Shown here piece after piece: positions 25,747-34,874 of a stretch of DNA of 64,000 nt (position 1 is the first letter of the stretch; each line of letters opens with the position of its first letter). A model generated the notes under the pieces. The model was given only the letters and a program-made list of their open reading frames with translations, ran no database searches and was not told the origin of the DNA. Source of the stretch: a virus. The DNA lies in IMG/VR virus record IMGVR_UViG_3300026538_000054, positions 64,285 to 128,284 of that record. One strand, given 5' to 3'. The position numbers and the translations under genes are program-made.

Positions 25747-26048
25747 CCGATTACGAACAGTGGCGCTTCCGGACCACCTTGCTTAGCGATCTGGCCACCG
25801 TGATCGCCGGCAGCGAACGTGACTACTCTCCCGAGGAGATCGTCGCCAGGGCCAAGGTCATCACCGAGGCCGTGATCAGAGAGGCGGGCAAGGCCCCGGA
25901 GAGACAGGAAAAGCCCGTCTCTCCGGGGCCTGCCCCCGACGACTACGCGGCCCTGGTGTTTTCGGGCGTCGCCAAGAAACTCGGCGACACGCTGCATGAG
26001 TCGGCCGCTTGTTTGAACGAAGCGGCCAGAAAGGCCGGGCCGTCGTGA
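25743..26048 (+). CDS. hypothetical protein
   Basis: coupled ORF. Confidence 0.55.
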   Translation: MTDYEQWRFRTTLLSDLATVIAGSERDYSPEEIVARAKVITEAVIREAGKAPERQEKPVSPGPAPDDYAALVFSGVAKKLGDTLHESAACLNEAARKAGPS

Positions 26049-26611
26049 ACGAACACCAACGGCTGGAGAGAGACCTTGAGTCTCTCCAGCGTGATCACCT
26101 TCTGGTCCTCGCCGACGCCGCTCTTGAAGCCGGCGAGGAGCTTCTTGCCGTTGGTTACCGTCGCCTGGCCGAGTGCGGGGCCTGGCCCTTGCAGGTGCTT
26201 GAAGACGGCCTGTCTCGCTGGGAGTGGTGGACGGAGAAGGAAGAAGGCCGCTCCTTTGAGTGCTCCTTGCCGCACCGGTGGATCAAGCGCGTCCGCCAGC
26301 TCACCAGGAGCCCTCATGGCCAGACGTGCAGGGCCCCTACCAGACAGGCAGCGCTGCGGGCGGCCGCCCAGGCCTGGGGCGAGTTGGCCTTGTCCGTTCA
26401 CCTGGCTGGGCCGGGCACGTCTCTGGGCGATTGGCGCAAGCCCGGGAAGAAGGAAGAAGAAGCGCCAGCTCCCACGGCCTTGCTTGAGGAAATTCAGCAG
26501 GAGATGGAGCGCATGCAGTCGATCAAGGAGCACGTTGACCACATGCGGGCCGCCAGCCCAGCCGGTTGGCGGTCCTGGCGCACGTTCAACCAAGGAGATC
26601 AAGGATCATGA
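26045..26611 (+). CDS. hypothetical protein with TIGR02996-like N-terminal motif
   Basis: LLVLADAALEAGEELLAVGYR; GTGA coupling. Confidence 0.55.
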   Translation: MNEHQRLERDLESLQRDHLLVLADAALEAGEELLAVGYRRLAECGAWPLQVLEDGLSRWEWWTEKEEGRSFECSLPHRWIKRVRQLTRSPHGQTCRAPTRQAALRAAAQAWGELALSVHLAGPGTSLGDWRKPGKKEEEAPAPTALLEEIQQEMERMQSIKEHVDHMRAASPAGWRSWRTFNQGDQGS

Positions 26612-27396
26612 GCCCACCGTTCGATCGCTGTGACAACTGCGGCGGCCAGCTCGGCCACTTCAAACGAGAGGCCTACCTGGAAAAGGCTGTTTGCCTTGCC
26701 TGCGGGCTCAAGCACTTCCGCGACCTGGATGACCATAGGATGTTCAACGCGCCGTATCGCTCGACCCACCCTGTGGACCTGGTCATGTCCCTGCCGGCTG
26801 ACGACACGAGAGCGCAGGTGTCGTCTTTCCACCAGCGAGTGGCTGACTCTGGAGTGCCGGTCCTCTTACCGCCGGCGATGTTCGCCAGGCCGTTGGAAGC
26901 GGATGCTGAGAGAGGCCCATCGGCGCCGGCTGGTGTCTGTCAGGGCGACTACGCGGAGATGTTCACCCTTGCCTTCCTGCTCATTCCCGGTCAGGCCCCG
27001 CGGATGATCGCTGCGCCAGGGTTCTCCAGGCCTATCTCCGAGCACATCGGTGACGAACGCGCCTTCCTGGCCCCGTTGGTTCAAGCGGCCGTGCTGCAAG
27101 GCGCGCAGCGCATCGCCAGGGAGGTCCTGGGTCAGGGGCCTTTGCCCCTTCGGGACCTGGACCGCGGCTTGCTCGAGGACATGGGCTTCAAGCGCTACGA
27201 CAGCCCGTCCCGGGGGGACTACGAGACCTGGGCCTACGATGGCGGCACCCCGCACGTGCAGTTCTTCGATGGCGAGATAGACCTGCCGCACTGGGCGATC
27301 AACGGTCGCGGTCTCTCTCGCAAGGACTTCTTCGCCTGGTTCCTCAGGGAGCTCAAGACCCAGGTGGTGGATGACGCGCGGGAGAACATGACATGA
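26608..27396 (+). CDS. hypothetical protein with N-terminal Zn ribbon
   Basis: CDNCG...CLACG; ATGA coupling. Confidence 0.6.
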   Translation: MSPPFDRCDNCGGQLGHFKREAYLEKAVCLACGLKHFRDLDDHRMFNAPYRSTHPVDLVMSLPADDTRAQVSSFHQRVADSGVPVLLPPAMFARPLEADAERGPSAPAGVCQGDYAEMFTLAFLLIPGQAPRMIAAPGFSRPISEHIGDERAFLAPLVQAAVLQGAQRIAREVLGQGPLPLRDLDRGLLEDMGFKRYDSPSRGDYETWAYDGGTPHVQFFDGEIDLPHWAINGRGLSRKDFFAWFLRELKTQVVDDARENMT

Positions 27397-27803
27397 ACGT
27401 TTACATCTACTGCGGCGAGCTCTACTGCGAGGCGTGCGGCAACGTCATGCGCGACGCCTTGAAGAGGATCGGCCGCGCCCCTGCCAACCCTGACGACGAG
27501 ACGAGCTACGATTCTGACTTCTACCCCAAGGGCCCCTACGCCGATGCGGGGGGCGAATCAGACGTCGTTCACCACTGCGGCAGCGACCACAAGTGTCGCG
27601 AGCCTGTCGAGATCGGTGGTAGCCGCTACGGAAAGTTCCTCGAAAACGCCTTGACGACGGCCGGCGTCGCGGAGCTCGAGAGGATGCTTGCGGAAGACCT
27701 GGCCAGTCAGGCCGACCCGGTCCTACAGTTCTGGGCGGACTACTACCGGAAGGCCGGATACGACATTCGGCAATACGAGAAAGGGAAGCAGGAAGAGAGA
27801 TGA
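27393..27803 (+). CDS. hypothetical protein
   Basis: YCEACG, YDSDFYPKGP, GGESD..HCG; coupled. Confidence 0.7.
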   Translation: MNVYIYCGELYCEACGNVMRDALKRIGRAPANPDDETSYDSDFYPKGPYADAGGESDVVHHCGSDHKCREPVEIGGSRYGKFLENALTTAGVAELERMLAEDLASQADPVLQFWADYYRKAGYDIRQYEKGKQEER

Positions 27804-28606
27804 CAGAGGCCCAGTGGCTTGAGAGCAAAGACCCTTTCGACCTGTTTATGGTGGCGTCCAGCGACGCGCCGGCAAGAAGAAGCGATAGAGAACTGCGTCT
27901 TTTCGCCTGCGCCTGCTGCCGTAGCGTTTGGCACTTGCTTGGCGACGAGAGAAGCAGGCGCGTGGTCGAGGTCGCCGAGAGGTTTGCCGACGGCGAGGTG
28001 AGCAGAGAGGAACTGGGCAGGGCACTCGTCTGCGGCCCTGGTGGTTTCGTTAGCCACTCTCAGCGCACGGACGAACTGGTGCGGCTGTTCTACGCCACGG
28101 CCGAGCCCGGCTTCTTCGTCTTCGCCGGACAACTGCGCAACCTTGGCCGCGGCTGGGAGGGCGAGATGCCGGACAGTGACTGGCACGAGCGCTGGCTGCC
28201 CGTGTGGGCCAACTTGCTCAGGGACGTGGTCGGCAACCCCTTCAGCCCACTCCCTGTCAAGGTGGGCCTTTATCAACCATCCGAAGAGATCACCCGCCTG
28301 GCCACGACGGCCTACGAAGAGCGCTGCCCTGTGTCGGGCGCACTGGAGCCTGCGCGACTCGCCATCCTCGCTGATGCCGTTGAAGAAGCAGGCTGCACGG
28401 AAGAGTTATTGCTTCATCACCTTCGCGACATGGAGCCGTGCCAGGAGAGGACCAGCCAGGGCTACGAGTGCAAGAACGGGCAGCTCTTCTACCTCAACTC
28501 AGGCGGCGCGACTTACCATCGCTGTAAAGGGACAGGCTGGATGCGTCATCGCGGTGCTCACGTTCGTGGCTGCTGGGCCCTGGATCTCATCCTGGGAAAG
28601 GAGTGA
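27800..28606 (+). CDS. Gemmata-type paralogous family protein
   Basis: MTEAQWLESKDP, SDRELRLFACACCR, AVEVAERFADG-like, LLRDVVGNPF, LAILADAVEEAGC, HVRGCWALDLILGKE. Confidence 0.9.
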   Translation: MTEAQWLESKDPFDLFMVASSDAPARRSDRELRLFACACCRSVWHLLGDERSRRVVEVAERFADGEVSREELGRALVCGPGGFVSHSQRTDELVRLFYATAEPGFFVFAGQLRNLGRGWEGEMPDSDWHERWLPVWANLLRDVVGNPFSPLPVKVGLYQPSEEITRLATTAYEERCPVSGALEPARLAILADAVEEAGCTEELLLHHLRDMEPCQERTSQGYECKNGQLFYLNSGGATYHRCKGTGWMRHRGAHVRGCWALDLILGKE

Positions 28607-28610
28607 CCAC

Positions 28611-29507
28611 TTGACCGAGCGAGAGTGGCTGGGGAGCACGCGGCCCGAGAAGTTACTACGGTGGCTTGACAGTACGACCAGAGCGGACCGCAAGCCCACT
28701 CACAGGGGCATGCGTCTTTTCGTATGCGCCTGTTGCCGCAGCCTGTGGGACAAGTTGAAAGACCAACGACTTCGCGACTCGGTGGAGACCGCCGAGCTTT
28801 TCGCCGATGGCGAGGCTACGGAAAGGCAGTTGGAGCTTGCACACAAAATGGCCTGCCCGGCGGTTAGCAAAACGCATAGTAGCGCGCCTAACGAGTATTT
28901 TTGCGTCTGGGCCGCCCTGATGACGTCGAAGCCTGGTGACCGGTTCCATGACTTCCTAACCGAGCTTGAGCGCTGCCCCTCTGATGATCACCCCCTGCCA
29001 AAGGCGACGCAGCTTGAGTTGATCCGAGAGATCTTCGGCAATCCTTTCCGGCCGGCCATTGCGGACTGCAACGAGGCCCTGGACGGCTCGTGCGAGGCTC
29101 ACGGCTGCGACTTCCAGAAGACAGGCGAGGCCACGTCCATATGCCCTGGCGGCAGAGGATGGTTTCGTACACGAATCGCCTGTACACCTACTGTTCGTGA
29201 TCTTGCGTTAGCCAGCTACATGGATCGGTCCAGCCAGGATCGTGCTGAGCTCGACCCTTCCAGGCTCCTGGTCCTCGCAGACGCCCTGGAGGAAGCGGGC
29301 ATGCGGCCCGTTACCGGCCGTACCGTCTCTCAGGTCGTCCAAGCAAGACAACAAGCCGTCATGGGCGGCTGCTGTGAGCGCTTCGCTGATCACTCGGCTT
29401 GTGACTGCCTGGAGCTGGCCGTTCCTGACGGCGTGCTTGAGCACCTGCGCTCGCCTGGTCCCCACTACCGCGGGTGCTGGGCGCTTGACTTCGTCCTGGG
29501 CAGGTAG
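28611..29507 (+). CDS. Gemmata-type paralogous family protein
   Basis: TTG start LTEREWL; RLFVCACCR, IREIFGNPFRP, LADALEEAG, HYRGCWALDFVLGR. Confidence 0.88.
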   Translation: MTEREWLGSTRPEKLLRWLDSTTRADRKPTHRGMRLFVCACCRSLWDKLKDQRLRDSVETAELFADGEATERQLELAHKMACPAVSKTHSSAPNEYFCVWAALMTSKPGDRFHDFLTELERCPSDDHPLPKATQLELIREIFGNPFRPAIADCNEALDGSCEAHGCDFQKTGEATSICPGGRGWFRTRIACTPTVRDLALASYMDRSSQDRAELDPSRLLVLADALEEAGMRPVTGRTVSQVVQARQQAVMGGCCERFADHSACDCLELAVPDGVLEHLRSPGPHYRGCWALDFVLGR

Positions 29508-29615
29508 CGACGGCCCGCCTCATGGTCGTTGGTGCGACGGACGAGCAGTCGGGTGAGGCCTGGTACAATTCTCCGCCGTGGCTGCTTCGAGTTGCTGGCC
29601 GTAGGGAGGCGGAGC

Positions 29616-29951
29616 ATGTCAGACCAGGCCGTGATGGGCTTGATCACTGCCGTGGTGAGCTTGCTCGGGACGATGTTTACAGGCATCCTCACGTACCTCA
29701 TGGCCAGGCTCAACGCTCGCGCCGCCGTCGCCGCGACGGCCGTTGAGCAGGTCAAGAAGGACCTGTCCACCAGCCAGGGCGTGGTCAACGAGAAGCTCGA
29801 CAAGGCCGAGAAGATAGCCGAGAAGACGCACACTTTAGTTAACAGTAATATGGGTGTGCAGCTCGAGATGCACGCGCTGCTTGCCAGGCGAATGGCGGAC
29901 AAGACCCACGAGCCGGATGACATCGCGGCGTTCCTGGTCGGCAAGCTGTAA
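29616..29951 (+). CDS. small membrane protein (holin-like)
   Basis: N-terminal TM helix then coiled coil with HTLVNS motif; first gene of the protease module. Confidence 0.55.
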   Translation: MSDQAVMGLITAVVSLLGTMFTGILTYLMARLNARAAVAATAVEQVKKDLSTSQGVVNEKLDKAEKIAEKTHTLVNSNMGVQLEMHALLARRMADKTHEPDDIAAFLVGKL

Positions 29952-29964
29952 GGGAGCCAGCGGT

Positions 29965-30783
29965 ATGAGGATCTTTGCGTGCGTTCTCCTGCTACCATTC
30001 CTGCTTCTCGGCCCTGCCGAGACCAGGAGGGCAGGACAAGCTCCCACGGCCGAGAAGCGACCGCGTGGCGCATTGAGTTTGAAGCTCGACGGCAACGTGC
30101 TGCTCATCGTGCAGTCGATGCCTTGTACGGTGACGGCCCCCGCCGGCGCAGACTTCTACATGTGGAACTACCCTGAGACCGTGAAGGCCTCAGCCGACGA
30201 CAACGTCCTGGTGGTGAAAGACGCCCCCAAGGGCGCTTCGACGATCTCGGTCCTCTCCGTTACCATTGACTTTCAGCTCGACAAGGACGGGAAGGTCAAG
30301 AAAGAGATCAAGAAGGAGACCGGGTCGATCGTCTTGACCTACGGGAGTGGCCCTGAGCCGAAGCCGCCCGTTCCGCCAGGACCGCTTCCGCCCGATCCTC
30401 CAGGCCCTGATGACGCGCCGATCAAGGAGCCAGGCTTTCGCGTCTTGATCGTCTACGAGTCAGCCGAGTTGACCAAGATGCCGTCTGCGCAGCAGTCCGT
30501 CCTCTACGCCAAGAGCGTCAGGGACTACCTGAACGCCAAGTGCGTCGTCGGCCCGGATGGGAAGACGCGTGAGTGGCGCATCTGGGATGCCGACGTGGAT
30601 ACCTCTGCCGAGTCCAAAATCTGGCAGGGCGCGATGAAGCGGCCCAGGAAGTCCTTGCCCTGGATCTTGATCTCCAACGGCAAGACGGGCTTTGAAGGCG
30701 CGCTTCCTGCCGACACGACCAAGGCGCTCGAGCTCCTGAAGAAGTACGCCGAGACGTCGACGACGAAAGGTGGCCAGAGATGA
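29965..30783 (+). CDS. secreted protein with Pro-rich linker, coupled to the peptidase
   Basis: signal peptide MRIFACVLLLPFLLLG; PEPKPPVPPGP linker; RVLIVYES...LPWILIS domain. Confidence 0.7.
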   Translation: MRIFACVLLLPFLLLGPAETRRAGQAPTAEKRPRGALSLKLDGNVLLIVQSMPCTVTAPAGADFYMWNYPETVKASADDNVLVVKDAPKGASTISVLSVTIDFQLDKDGKVKKEIKKETGSIVLTYGSGPEPKPPVPPGPLPPDPPGPDDAPIKEPGFRVLIVYESAELTKMPSAQQSVLYAKSVRDYLNAKCVVGPDGKTREWRIWDADVDTSAESKIWQGAMKRPRKSLPWILISNGKTGFEGALPADTTKALELLKKYAETSTTKGGQR

Positions 30784-31700
30784 TGCTACGGCCCAACGAG
30801 TTGCTGATCGGCGACCACAACTACGCTGAGCACGTCGTCTCCGTGGTGGACGGGGAGCAGAAGGCCAGGGGCCTCGTCCCGCGGGACTTCAAGCTTCACC
30901 CTCAAGGGTGCTACGGCAGCGTCCAGGCCGTGGACATCCCGCTTATCCCCAGGGGCGAATGGAGCGAGCGGATCAAGGACAAGGTCGCGCAGCAGTCGCA
31001 ACTCTCGGACATCAGGCTGGTCGGCAACAACGGACAAATAATACCCTCCCTCGACCAGGGAAATAAGGGTTATTGCTGGGCGCACAGCACGACGCAGGGA
31101 GTTATCATCGCCCGTGCGGTCAGCAATCAGCCTTATGTTCCGTTAAGTGCCTATGCCGTGGCTTGTGTTTTGAAAAACTTTCGGGATGAGGGCGGTTGGG
31201 GCGCTCTCTCTTGCGACTTCATCTCGACGCGTGGCGTGCCCAGCCAGGAGAAGTGGCCGCAGCAGTCGATGAGCCGCAGCAATGACAACCCCGACACCTG
31301 GGCCAACGCGGCGCTGCACAAGATCCAGGAGGGCTGGGTCGACCTGGGGTCCTCGGTCTACGAACGCAACCTCTCCTTCGACCAGACGATCAGCCTGCTG
31401 CTCTCGGATGTTCCGGTGGTGATCGATCTGAACTGGTGGGGGCACAGTATTTTGGGCTTGGACGCGGTGGACGGCTTGTCGATGCGCAAACAGACGAGGG
31501 CGAGGTCTGGCAAGCGCGCTACGCTGCAGGAGTTCGAGTTAGCCTGGGGCGTGAACGAGGTGACAGGCGGCTACGGCGTACGCATACTGAACAGTTGGTC
31601 AGATGCGTGGTCCGATCGTGGCATGGGAACGCTCTCCGGCAGCAAGGCGATCCCGGACGGTGCGGTCGCTCCGCGAGCCATCACGGCCGCGGCAGCGTAG
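30780..31700 (+). CDS. papain-like (C1) cysteine peptidase
   Basis: DQGNKGYCWAHS (Q/C), WWGHSI (H), ILNSWSDAWSDRG (N). Confidence 0.88.
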   Translation: MMLRPNELLIGDHNYAEHVVSVVDGEQKARGLVPRDFKLHPQGCYGSVQAVDIPLIPRGEWSERIKDKVAQQSQLSDIRLVGNNGQIIPSLDQGNKGYCWAHSTTQGVIIARAVSNQPYVPLSAYAVACVLKNFRDEGGWGALSCDFISTRGVPSQEKWPQQSMSRSNDNPDTWANAALHKIQEGWVDLGSSVYERNLSFDQTISLLLSDVPVVIDLNWWGHSILGLDAVDGLSMRKQTRARSGKRATLQEFELAWGVNEVTGGYGVRILNSWSDAWSDRGMGTLSGSKAIPDGAVAPRAITAAAA

Positions 31701-32577
31701 GGGACTTGCGACGAGGCGGCTGGGGAGTGGTCAGAATGCGTTCGACCGACCACCCGCTACGGAGACGGCCCTCAATCGTGTTTCGCTTGAGCCCGAGGAG
31801 CAGACACCATTCGCGGACCGTGAGGGACTTACCGTCGTGGGTCAGCCGGCGGTTGGTTCTCCTGTTGCAGGACTGCTGAAAACGCGTGGCCCAGCGGCAG
31901 TTAGCCGGCTGACCACGCTCTCGGCACTCTTCGCACTTGCCGCAGGTGTAGTTGCCGTTATTGTCGATGCGATCGATGCTGTGGTCGTCGTCGGGGATCG
32001 GCCCCATGTCTTCGAGGAAGTTCGCGGCCGAGGCCAGCCAGCGCTTGCAGACGCGAATACCTCGCCCGCCGTAGTTCTCCCAGGCCGGGCTTTTCGGGTT
32101 GGTGCATCGGCTGACCATGCCGGCCCAGGAGTGGTACTGGACGGTATTGGACTGACCGTGCTTTCGGTTGGCGGCGGATGATCTCTCGCGATGAAAGCAG
32201 CCGCAACTCGTGGATTCGCCCTTGCGGAGTTTATAGGCTTCGATGTCCTTGACGGCCCCGCAGTCGCAGCGGCAAACCCAAAACACCTTCTTGCCGACTC
32301 GGCTGGAGCGTTCGATCACCGTTAACCTGCCAAACCGCTTGCCGACGTGATCGATACCGCGGAACCGGCAGCCGCAACTCGTGGAGGTGCCGTTACGGAG
32401 GTTCTGCCCTTTAACGGTTCGCTCCTTGCCGCAGTCGCAACGGCACAGCCAGAAACTTACACGGCACGTAGCGGTGTACTTTCGCATCGGATCGATGCCG
32501 ATAACTTGCCAGGAGCCGAAACGACGCCCGGTAAGGTCGATAAGCGAAGGTACGTTCGTAGAATGGTCCGTAGCCAT
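31681..32577 (-). CDS. free-standing HNH homing endonuclease
   Basis: two IDLTGRRFG...CRCDCG...STSCGC repeats, YGGRGIRVCKRW, SIDRIDNNGNY...NCRWAT..QSCNRR. Confidence 0.9.
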   Translation of the reverse strand: MATDHSTNVPSLIDLTGRRFGSWQVIGIDPMRKYTATCRVSFWLCRCDCGKERTVKGQNLRNGTSTSCGCRFRGIDHVGKRFGRLTVIERSSRVGKKVFWVCRCDCGAVKDIEAYKLRKGESTSCGCFHRERSSAANRKHGQSNTVQYHSWAGMVSRCTNPKSPAWENYGGRGIRVCKRWLASAANFLEDMGPIPDDDHSIDRIDNNGNYTCGKCEECRERGQPANCRWATRFQQSCNRRTNRRLTHDGKSLTVREWCLLLGLKRNTIEGRLRSGWSVERILTTPQPPRRKSPTLPRP

Positions 32578-32701
32578 GACGTGCAGCTCCGTGAGGCTGT
32601 TACGGGTGGTTAGGGCCGCCGCGGCGTTACCAGCGCCTTGGCGGTCCACATTATTATATGGATGCGAAGCGCTTGGCCTGATCTTCGCGTGGGAGACATC
32701 C

Positions 32702-33589
32702 ATGATCCGCGTTATGACCGTCCTGGCCGTTCTGGTCCTCTTGACGGGCACTCTCTGTGCCGGCCCTCCGCAAGCGCCCTTGCCGCCCCAGGGCCCGTCA
32801 CCACCGCAGTGCCCACTGCCCGCCAGTGACAACGCAGTTCGGCGAGCTGCCTCGCTCAAGCAAACGGTCTGCGGCGTCTGGTGCAACGGCGGCTGGGGCA
32901 CCGGCACTCTGATCGCCGGTGCGCGCAAGGATGGCAAGCAAGAAGTGCTGACCGCCGCTCATGTCGCGAGCCCGCCTGGCGCCTACTGCATGATCGTCCT
33001 GGAAGACGGGCGCAAGCTCGATGCCTCCGTCGCCTCCTGCGATACGATCGCCGATGTCGCCTGGCTGCTGACCAAGACCGCCGTCAAGTTGGATGGCGCT
33101 ACCCTGGCGGCCCGCGGGCCTCGTGTAGGCGACATTGTCAGGCACTTCGGTCGTGGCAGCGACCGAAGGAGCGGCTGTGCGGGGAAGGTTGTTAGCGCGT
33201 CGAATGAACGGATCTGGGCGGACTACCCGCGTGCCTCCGGAGACTCCGGGGCCGGGCTGTTCAGCCCCGTCGGCGAGCTGGTCGCCCTTCACGTCGCGTA
33301 CCAGGGCGCCCTTCGCTACGGTCCGACGTGCGAGGTCGCCGCTCGTATCAGGCCAGGTGATAGCAAACAGAGGCCGGCCCTTGCGCTCTCCCAACAGACC
33401 GTCCCCGTCTACCAGGCCCTGGCGGCGTACTTGCAGCCTGCGCCCCAGCCCACGTATCAGCCCCTGTATCAACCGACGTACCAACCGCTCTACCAGTCGG
33501 CTCCAAGCACGATGCGTTACACCACGTCAGGGCCGCAGTTCTTCGCCCAGCCAAGGCAAGCTGCGTTGAACTGCGGCCCAGGTGGTTGA
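32702..33589 (+). CDS. secreted trypsin-like serine protease
   Basis: signal peptide; LTAAHV, ADVAWL, GDSGAGL; YQP repeats in tail. Confidence 0.88.
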   Translation: MIRVMTVLAVLVLLTGTLCAGPPQAPLPPQGPSPPQCPLPASDNAVRRAASLKQTVCGVWCNGGWGTGTLIAGARKDGKQEVLTAAHVASPPGAYCMIVLEDGRKLDASVASCDTIADVAWLLTKTAVKLDGATLAARGPRVGDIVRHFGRGSDRRSGCAGKVVSASNERIWADYPRASGDSGAGLFSPVGELVALHVAYQGALRYGPTCEVAARIRPGDSKQRPALALSQQTVPVYQALAAYLQPAPQPTYQPLYQPTYQPLYQSAPSTMRYTTSGPQFFAQPRQAALNCGPGG

Positions 33590-33668
33590 CGTTGACCCTG
33601 TGCGCCCGGTCGGGCGCAGCGCGTGTCCGCGGTATGCTGTGAAGGCCCACACCCAACCCGAGAAAACC

Positions 33669-33908
33669 ATGCACGAAGAACAGGTCGCTGAACAACCAGA
33701 GAAAACCACGCAGAAAGAACAGGGCGCCGAACACCACTTGACCACCGCCGGCGTGTCCCAGGCGTTGCTCGAGGCTGGCAAGGCCCAGGGCCTCGACCCG
33801 GCCGCCGTCCTGGCCTTGTTAACGCAGTTCGCCCCGCTCGTCTTGCAGATAATAACGGCGCTTCAGGAGATCCTGAAGAGTAGGCAGCAGTCGCCTCCGG
33901 CACCGTGA
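33669..33908 (+). CDS. small hydrophobic protein, paralog A
   Basis: EHHLTTAGVSQA...LALLTQFAPLVLQIITALQEILK. Confidence 0.7.
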   Translation: MHEEQVAEQPEKTTQKEQGAEHHLTTAGVSQALLEAGKAQGLDPAAVLALLTQFAPLVLQIITALQEILKSRQQSPPAP

Positions 33909-33970
33909 GGTGCCAGGCATACCGTGAAGCAGCGAAGAGCACAGAGAGCTACGGCGATCCGAGTCGAGAT

Positions 33971-34007
33971 CAGCAAGGCCCTGGAGGTTCTCTCCAGGGC
34001 CTTGCTG
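33971..34007. repeat. 16-bp-stem hairpin, copy 1
   Basis: CAGCAAGGCCCTGGAG-GTTCT-CTCCAGGGCCTTGCTG. Confidence 0.85.
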
Positions 34008-34088
34008 ATATCCGGACAGACCGCTGAACATAGTTCAGCGGTCTGTCCGGGGCGCTTCCCTTTCGCCTTTTTCGAGAGAAAGTGACTT

Positions 34089-34592
34089 ATGAGGCGATTT
34101 GCAGTCTGCTTACCGCTCCTGTTTACGCAGTTGGCTGTTTTGTGGTCCGCTCCCGTCCCTCCGCCTCGAAAATCGCCTGTACGACCTGGCTCGCCGGTTG
34201 GTCGCTGGCGTATCGTTCGTACGGACGCCAAGAGGCCTCCGGGGACGATGGAGTTGCTGGCGGATGGGCGGGCCGGTTATTGTGGTGTCCAGGGCGGGTC
34301 TTCGGTGGCTGCTCGCTGGGTCCTTAACGAGACGGAGGACGGGACGGACTTCCTTCTAACCCAGGGGCGGGGCGACGATGCCGTCGTGCTTGAGAGCGGA
34401 AGGTGGGAGGACGGGCGGCTGAAGATGCCGGGAGGATGGACGCTCCGATTCGATTCGAGAGGTTGCCGTAAGGTATGCTGGAGAAGAGAACCACGTGTTG
34501 CGGCCGTTCTTCGGGCCGGCTGTGGGTTGAAACAAACAAACAAACAAACCAGGAGAAGGTCATGCACGAAGAGATTAAGGAACACCATCTGA
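34089..34592 (+). CDS. putative secreted planctomycete-type protein (APVP motif), 3' end uncertain
   Basis: signal peptide, APVPPP, then VGRW...MELLADG as in planctomycete beta-barrel-like secreted families. Confidence 0.45.
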   Translation: MRRFAVCLPLLFTQLAVLWSAPVPPPRKSPVRPGSPVGRWRIVRTDAKRPPGTMELLADGRAGYCGVQGGSSVAARWVLNETEDGTDFLLTQGRGDDAVVLESGRWEDGRLKMPGGWTLRFDSRGCRKVCWRREPRVAAVLRAGCGLKQTNKQTRRRSCTKRLRNTI

Positions 34593-34756
34593 TGGCCGCC
34601 GGCGTGTCCCAGGCGGGGATGTCTGCGGCCAAGGCCATGGGCCTTGGCCCGGCCGAGATCCTGGCCCTACTGGCCCAGTTCGGTCCTCTCGCCCTGCAGT
34701 TCCTGACGGCGCTTCAGGAGATCCTGAAGAAGAAGCAGCAGTCTGCGGCGCCGTGA
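34562..34756 (+). CDS. small hydrophobic protein, paralog B
   Basis: MHEE...EHHLMAAGVSQA...LALLAQFGPLALQFLTALQEILK. Confidence 0.7.
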   Translation: MHEEIKEHHLMAAGVSQAGMSAAKAMGLGPAEILALLAQFGPLALQFLTALQEILKKKQQSAAP

Positions 34757-34777
34757 ACGGGCTGCCGTGCGCGAACT

Positions 34778-34814
34778 CAGCAAGGCCCTGGAGAGAACCT
34801 CCAGGGCCTTGCTG
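34778..34814. repeat. 16-bp-stem hairpin, copy 2 (loop inverted)
   Basis: CAGCAAGGCCCTGGAG-AGAAC-CTCCAGGGCCTTGCTG. Confidence 0.85.
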
Positions 34815-34874
34815 TTTGACCGCTTGTGTCTGGTACAAAGAGGTTGAGAGAGAACGAGAGCTGGAGAGAGCCTA

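Noticed and set aside
28041-28610. 488-aa ORF as a single protein
   Set aside because: The 5' part is an alternate frame of the upstream paralog; family similarity starts at TTG 28611
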